NCBI GenBank assembly: GCA_046262595.1
Contig: JBHEMM010000002.1
Coordinates: forward strand, 28,404 to 92,403
Origin: Vulcanimicrobiaceae bacterium
GTDB lineage: Bacteria; Vulcanimicrobiota; Vulcanimicrobiia; Vulcanimicrobiales; Vulcanimicrobiaceae
Direction of reading: 5' to 3'
DNA: 64,000 nucleotides
Shown here: piece after piece, positions 58,432 to 64,000 of the stretch
How the letters are laid out: each line of letters begins with the position of its first letter
Position numbering within the stretch: position 1 is the first letter of the stretch
Made by a program: the position numbers and the translations under genes
The notes under the pieces: generated by a model
What the model saw: the letters and a program-made list of their open reading frames with translations, nothing else
What the model was told of the DNA's origin: nothing
Databases searched by the model: none

Positions 58432-61400
58432 GTGCGATCTTGTACCTTGTCCATGAAACGCCGCATCGCTTCACCGCGCGGCCGGCGGCCGGCGATCAGA
58501 TTGCATGTCAGTCCTTTGGTTTCCTGAATGTGCACGTTCGGATCCAGCGTGATGTGCAGCAGATCGTTCACGACGTCACCGGTCACCAAGCCTTTACGGC
58601 CCCAGTGGTAGGGCAAACCCACCGAGTGCAGCTCTTTGCCCCCGGTCTGCATCGGACGCACGCGTTTCGTCACCATCACGCGCGCTTCGATGACGGCGCG
58701 CTTCGTATAGATCGTGGCCCAATCACCGTGGGTGAGCCCGCGCAGCTGCGCGAGCTGCGGACTCACCTCGCAAAACAGCTCGGGCTGCAATTCACTCAAT
58801 TGCGGCACCGTGCGGCTCATGCCGCCGGCGGTGTGATGCTCGGTTAAGCGGTACGTGTAGAGCACGAACGGATACGCATCGCCGTGTTCGTCGCTGGGTG
58901 AGGGATTCGATTCGTTGAAACGCCGCGGAAACTGCTGGCGTGCCGGATTGGCCTGCGTTGCGTACAACGCGTTGCGCACCGGCGACTCGTGCGATTCGAA
59001 GTATGTCGGCAACGGCCCGTCAACGACGCCGTTGGGTGTAAAAAGCCAGCCCAGGCCGTCGTCCTGCATGATGAACGGATGCCAGCCTGCAAGCGCGTCC
59101 TCCCGTTGCGCGCCGTCAGCCGGGCGGTAATCGGGGCGCTTTTTCTTTTCAAAATCCGGCACGTCGTGGCCGGCCCACTCGGCCTTTTCTTCGTCCCACC
59201 ACACGTAGCGTTTGCGCTCGCTCCATGGTTTTCCGGACGGATCTGCGGAGGCGCGGTTGTAGAGCAAGCGCCGGTTCGAGGGCCACGCCCATCCCCACTC
59301 CGGCGCAACCCACGACTGTTCGTTGCCCGGTTTGCGATTCGCGGTCTGGTTCTTTTCCTGTTTGAAGCAGCCGCAATAGATCCAGCAGCCGCATGCGGTG
59401 CTGCCGTCGGCTTTTAACTCGCTCGGCGACGAGAGCGCTTTCCCGTCCGCATCGCATCCGCCGATCTCCCGGATGACGGCATGCGCGTCCGGTTCCTCGA
59501 TCGCGCCGATCGTGGGGTAGTCCCAGGTAAGAAAATGCAGGGGATCGGCATGCGGTTCTTCGCGCTGCGCGAGCTTGGCTTTGATGCGCTTGCCGAGATG
59601 ATAATAAAACCACAGTTCCGACCGCGCATCGCCTTGCGGTTCGACCGCCTTGTGATGCCACTGCAGCAAACGCTGGGTGTTGGTGAACGAGCCGTCCTTT
59701 TCGGTATGCGCGGCGGCCGGCATGAGGAAGACCTCGGTCTTGATCGCGGCCGGGCTGAGCTCGCCCGTTTCCACTTCCGGTGAGTCATACCAAAACGACG
59801 CGCTTTCGATCTCTTGGAAGTCGCGAACGACCAGCCACTCCAGGTTCGCCATCGCCCGGCGCTGCAAGCCGGAATTCGCCGAGCCGACCGCCGGATTTTC
59901 GCCGCAGACGAAAAAACCTTTGACCTTGCCGTCGAGCATGTCCATCATACTGCGGTATGTGGAGTGATCGCCGGTGATCCGCGGCAGCAGATCGAAGCAG
60001 TAATCGTTCTGCCGGGTCGCATGATCGCCGAACCACGCTTTAAGCAGGCTCACGACATACTTGTCAAGGTTTCCCCAAAAGCCGGTGCGTGCGCCCTCAG
60101 ATTCGATGTAATGGTGCAAGTTATTGTGCGCGTCCGCGTGCGGCATGACGATGTATCCGGGCAAGACGTTGAACAGCGTCGGGATATCGGTGGAGCCCTG
60201 AATGGAAGCGTGCCCGCGCAGCGCCAAGATGCCGCCGCCCGGGCGCCCGATGTTGCCGAGCAGCAATTGCACGATGGCGGCAGCCCGGATCATCTGCACC
60301 CCGAACGTGTGCTGCGTCCATGCGACCGAATAGCAAATCACCGACGTGCGTTCGCGTCCGCTGTTTGCGCACAGCGCTTCGGCCAGGTCGATCACTTGCG
60401 CAGCCGTGATACCGCAAATGTCGGCGACGGTTTGCGGCGTATACCGCGCATAATGGCGCTTGATCACCTGATAGATGCAGCGCGGATGCTGCAGGGATTT
60501 GTCCATGTGCGGCGGCTCGCCGCCCTTGAGCGCATCCTCGCCTTGCTTGAACGACTCTTTCTCGGACATGGCCTGATGCGCCTCACGCTGGCCGGCCGCG
60601 CCATGGAGATCCATGCCTTCGTACTGCCAAGTGTGAAAAGCGTACGATTTCTTTTCCTCATCCCAGCCGGAGAACAGACCATCCAAGTCTTCCGTGTCCT
60701 GAAATTCTTTTTTCAGCAGCACCGGCGCATTGGTGTAGTTGACGACGTATTCTTTGAACGCGCGATCGTTCTGCAAAATGTAATTGATGATGCCGCCCAG
60801 CAGCGCGATGTCCGTACCGGGGCGGATCGGAATATGCGTATCCGCCATAGCGGACGTGCGTGTGAAACGCGGATCGACGTGAATGAAACGCGCCCCGCGC
60901 TCGCGCGCTTCCATCACCCACTGGAAACCGACCGGATGATTTTCGGCCATGTTCGAGCCCATGATGAGCACGCAGTCCGCGTTTTGCAGATCTTGCTGGA
61001 ACGTGGTCGCGCCGCCGCGTCCGAACGAGGTTCCCAAACTGGGAACCGTCGAGCTATGTCATATTCGGGCTTGGTTTTCAACCTGAATCACCCCAAGCGC
61101 CGTATACAGCTTCTTCATGAGGTAATTCTCTTCGTTGTCCAACGTTGCGCCGCCCAGACTTGCGATGCCGGAGGTGCGGTTGAGGAGCGCGCCTTTCTCG
61201 TTCTGCGCTTCCCATGTCTCGCGGCGCGTCTTCAGCACGCGCTCGGCGATCATGTCCATCGCGTCGTCCAGCGCGAGTTCTTCCCATTGCGCGCCGTACG
61301 GCCGGCGGTATTTCACTTTGTACTCGCGCGATTCGCTTTGCACGAGCGCGCGCGTGGCCGACCCTTTGGGACACAGGCGCCCGCGGGAGATTGGGCTGTC

Positions 61401-61619
61401 GGGATCGCCTTCGATCTGCGTAATCTTGCCGTCCGCGACGAAAACGTTTTGGCCGCATCCGACGGCGCAGAAGGGGCACACGCTTTTGACGGCCTTGGCG
61501 CGCGCGGTGCGCGCTTTCCAATCGCGCTTGGAGTCGGACTGGGCCGCCGAGCCGAACGCGTATTTGTCTTCCGGCTGCAATTGCCGAAGCAAGGGCCATT
61601 TCGCCCGCCCGTTATCCAT
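58428..61619 (-). CDS. fdnG: Selenocysteine-containing formate dehydrogenase alpha subunit (single gene across UGA at 61059-61061)
   Basis: The two track ORFs are in frame, giving VENQARI-U-HSSTVPSLGTSFGRGG. Also CPFCAVGC..C cluster, ALRGHASIQG, YRLTEHH. SECIS-like hairpin after UGA. Confidence 0.92.
61029..61047 (-). promoter_or_regulatory. Bacterial SECIS-like hairpin
   Basis: GGTTCCCA-GTT-TGGGAACC perfect 8-bp stem starting 11 nt after the UGA, with a G-first loop. Confidence 0.8.
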
Positions 61620-61708
61620 AGATCGCAATTACCATCGGCGCAGACTCCTTAAACAGGTGACTTTAGCTGACAACGTGCGTGCTGCGCGGGAGCTTGCGGA
61701 GCCCTCGC

Positions 61709-62626
61709 TCATTGCGCGCAGAAGCGGTATACGGTCGTTGACGTGAACCGTTCGCCGCGCCGTAGGACCGTCGATGGAAACGACGGCTGATTCGGCGAAT
61801 CGGGGAAATGCTGCGTCTCGAGCGCAATCCCTGACGGGTTTCCCGAATAGAATTGCAAGCCCGGCTGCGTGGTGTAAACCTCAAGCATGCGGCCGCTTTG
61901 CGCATGCGCGAGCCGCGCGGCAAGCGCGAGACCGCTTGGACGTACGCCCAGCACCCAGTTGTTATCGTATGCGGCGCCGATCATGCGTGGCCGGCGGAAG
62001 TCGTAACGGGACCGCTTAACCGGTTCGATCGTCCCCAGCGGGATCAATTGCTCATCGACGGGCGTGTATGCACCCGCCGCGATCTGCAGCGTATGCGATT
62101 GCGCCGCGTCTCCAAGGCCGCCGCTCAAATCGAAGTAACTGTGATTGGTAAAATTAACGACGGTGTCGGCGTCGCACGAAGCGCTGTAGCAAATGCGCAA
62201 ATCGGACTGCTGTACCGTGAAGGTGACCGTCGCATGCAACGTGCCTGGAAAGCCTTGATCGCCGTCTTCGCTCACGTACGAGAGAACGACGCGCGCTGCG
62301 TTGGTATGCTCCACGCTCCACATCGCGCGATCGAAGCCGCGGGCGCCGCCATGCAGCGTGTTGTTGCCGTCGTTGGCGCTCAAGCGGTACGTGTGCCCGT
62401 TCAGCGCAAAACTGGCGCCGCCGATGCGGTTCGCGAACCGCCCGATCGTCGCTCCGAAGTAGGCGCGCGGATGCGGCGGATGTTCGTATTCTTCGAGCGT
62501 TGGATAATGCAGAACGACGTTTTCAAGCACGCCGTCACGGCGCGGGGCGCGCAATGATATGACCGTCGCGCCGTACGTCATGATGTCGGCTTGCAGCCCG
62601 GCCGAGCAAAGCGTGAAAACCTTCAT
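61709..62626 (-). CDS. galM: Aldose 1-epimerase (galactose mutarotase)
   Basis: GATIGRFANRI, NTLHGG, GFPG, NFTNHSYF, TTQPGLQFYSGN, LETQHFPDSPN. Confidence 0.92.
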   Translation of the reverse strand: MKVFTLCSAGLQADIMTYGATVISLRAPRRDGVLENVVLHYPTLEEYEHPPHPRAYFGATIGRFANRIGGASFALNGHTYRLSANDGNNTLHGGARGFDRAMWSVEHTNAARVVLSYVSEDGDQGFPGTLHATVTFTVQQSDLRICYSASCDADTVVNFTNHSYFDLSGGLGDAAQSHTLQIAAGAYTPVDEQLIPLGTIEPVKRSRYDFRRPRMIGAAYDNNWVLGVRPSGLALAARLAHAQSGRMLEVYTTQPGLQFYSGNPSGIALETQHFPDSPNQPSFPSTVLRRGERFTSTTVYRFCAQ

Positions 62627-63011
62627 CGGGCACGCGTGCATGCGGCAGCTTGGTCTGCTGTTACCATGTAGCGTCGTCGTTCAAGAACGAGACGCAAACA
62701 CCATCGCATCGGCTGTCGATGCGCAAAAAAGCCGCGAAGAGTCGGCAATTCAGACATGCAGGCCATTCCGAGCGGCCGCGAACCCGCGCTTACGGCATGT
62801 CACCGGACACCGCACTAGTATGCAATTATGACGCTTGCAGCATACTCGCAATCGCACTGCTTTCATTGCCCTGCGCTCTTCCCGCCTATATATGCGAATT
62901 GCCTATAGGCATTCTTAACGTATTGCTAACATGCCTCAGGCATTCTAGCCTGAGCATGGTCCCTTTGCCTTCTCGGCCGCTGCTTTGCTTTCAGAAGAGA
63001 GAGAAAATCGC

Positions 63012-63890
63012 ATGAAACCACTCCGCATTGCTTTTGCCGGTTTCACGGCACTCGCCATTATTTCGTGTAGCGCCGGCGGTACGAACGCCGTGCTGCCATC
63101 CAAGCAAAACGACACCCGTCAAGCGTCGGCGCGTCGGATCACGCTTCCGCAAACATCGTCGTCAACGCGACGCCGCCGCATGGATTCGACGGGCGCGCTT
63201 GTCGACGGCGGTTTTGAATCGGGCGGTTTCACGTACTGGGGACAATGCGGTAACGTGAACGCGACAATTTCGACGACGTACTACCACAGTGGAACGCATG
63301 GTTTGGCGACCGGCACCGGATCGGGCGCAGAGATCAACGGCGATGCCGGCGTTTGTCAGCAAGTGACGGTTCCGTCCGGCGGCACGCTAACGTTTTGGGT
63401 GAAGCAAGGATCGAACGAATCCAACACCACCTACGCATACCAAGAAGGCGATTTGCTCGATAGCACTGGCGCCGTGATCACCAACTTTTATACCACCGTG
63501 GCCAACACGAGCACGTGGGTGCAGAAGACCGTTAATTTAAGCGCGTACGCCGGAACGAGCGTTTGGATCTATTTCGGCGTGCACGGTGACGGCGCGAGTG
63601 GTTACTGGACGTATCAAGACGTTGATGATGTAGCGTGGTCCGGAAGCTCGACGCCGACGCCGTCGCCCACGCCGACAAAGACTCCAACGCCGGGACCAAC
63701 CGCGACGCCAACAAAGTCGCCGACTCCCGGACCAACGGCGACACCGGTGCCGACGCCCACGCCGACCAAGACGTCCACACCGGCGCCCACATCAACGCCT
63801 ATCGGCGGCCCTACGCCGATTGCAACGCCGGCGAACGGCGGCGGCAATAGCACCGGAAGCTGCGGGTCGAGTTGCGGCGTTCAACGCTAG
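63012..63890 (+). CDS. Secreted lipoprotein with carbohydrate-binding-like beta-sandwich and Pro/Thr linker; probably interrupted by a premature TAG
   Basis: Lipobox [24 protein letters not shown] domain, PT linker. The frame stays open after the TAG to the window end. Confidence 0.7.
   Translation: MKPLRIAFAGFTALAIISCSAGGTNAVLPSKQNDTRQASARRITLPQTSSSTRRRRMDSTGALVDGGFESGGFTYWGQCGNVNATISTTYYHSGTHGLATGTGSGAEINGDAGVCQQVTVPSGGTLTFWVKQGSNESNTTYAYQEGDLLDSTGAVITNFYTTVANTSTWVQKTVNLSAYAGTSVWIYFGVHGDGASGYWTYQDVDDVAWSGSSTPTPSPTPTKTPTPGPTATPTKSPTPGPTATPVPTPTPTKTSTPAPTSTPIGGPTPIATPANGGGNSTGSCGSSCGVQR
63648..63830 (+). repeat. Pro/Thr-rich low-complexity coding repeat
   Basis: Imperfect ACGCCG-type tandem units encoding [20 protein letters not shown]... 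Confidence 0.8.
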
Positions 63891-64000
63891 CACATCAAAA
63901 CGCTCGGTGATGCGTACGTTCATACGATCAACTGGACGCCTGTAAGCGAAACGGTCGATCAAATGCGTGCAGCACCGGTTCCGAGCCCGTACGATGAGTA

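Noticed and set aside
58428..61628. fdnG as two genes or a pseudogene
   Set aside because: The UGA is at the known Sec position, in frame, and followed by a SECIS-like hairpin.
59814..61652. 612-aa plus-strand ORF, and many other long overlapping ORFs (e.g. 52450-54039, 17597-18805, 3704-4768)
   Set aside because: Antisense or alternate-frame shadows of clearly identified genes in high-GC DNA; no recognisable motifs.
63648..63830. Tandem repeats as CRISPR or VNTR
   Set aside because: They are imperfect codon-level repeats encoding a Pro/Thr linker, with no repeat-spacer structure.
63888..63890. Pyrrolysine or genome-wide TAG recoding
   Set aside because: TAG ends many ordinary genes in this window (e.g. 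ctaD, ctaE, nanE), no pyl genes are seen, and a point change from TGG is simpler.

Overview
A gene-dense, GC-rich bacterial chromosomal segment with about 60 CDSs. Many are joined by 1-4 bp start/stop overlaps. I found no rRNA, tRNA, CRISPR array or mobile element. The gene mix (a carboxypeptidase-domain TonB-dependent receptor, actinobacterial-type SigK/RskA and Fdh, DUF5069) suggests Eremiobacterota/Vulcanimicrobiota, but that is inference only. Recognisable content: a TonB-dependent receptor, ppk1, an osmoprotectant-class ABC importer converging on egtD, a desaturase-like gene plus MGDG-synthase-like gene, a VPS10/BNR protein, prfC, ctaA/ctaB and an A2-type caa3 oxidase operon, a nanE/sugar-kinase operon, a GH20-transporter-M20-hydantoinase operon, an ECF sigma/anti-sigma pair, ettA, a selenocysteine formate dehydrogenase (in-frame UGA plus SECIS-like hairpin) with Fe-S and NrfD subunits, and galM. 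The best candidates for an undescribed system are the GH20/PDZ-fused transporter/M20/orphan hydantoinase-A operon with the nearby FAD-oxidoreductase/HExxH/kinase/NanE operon (possible amino-sugar or cell-wall salvage), and the lone egtD next to an ABC importer (possible hercynine/ergothioneine handling). Smaller signals missed by the ORF track include a 55-aa ExbD/TolR-like mini-ORF, a TAG at an apparently conserved Trp, a 7-codon leader ORF on fdnG, likely CTG/ATA starts, and several enzymes lacking their catalytic residue. All family calls are from motif recognition by eye, not database searches.
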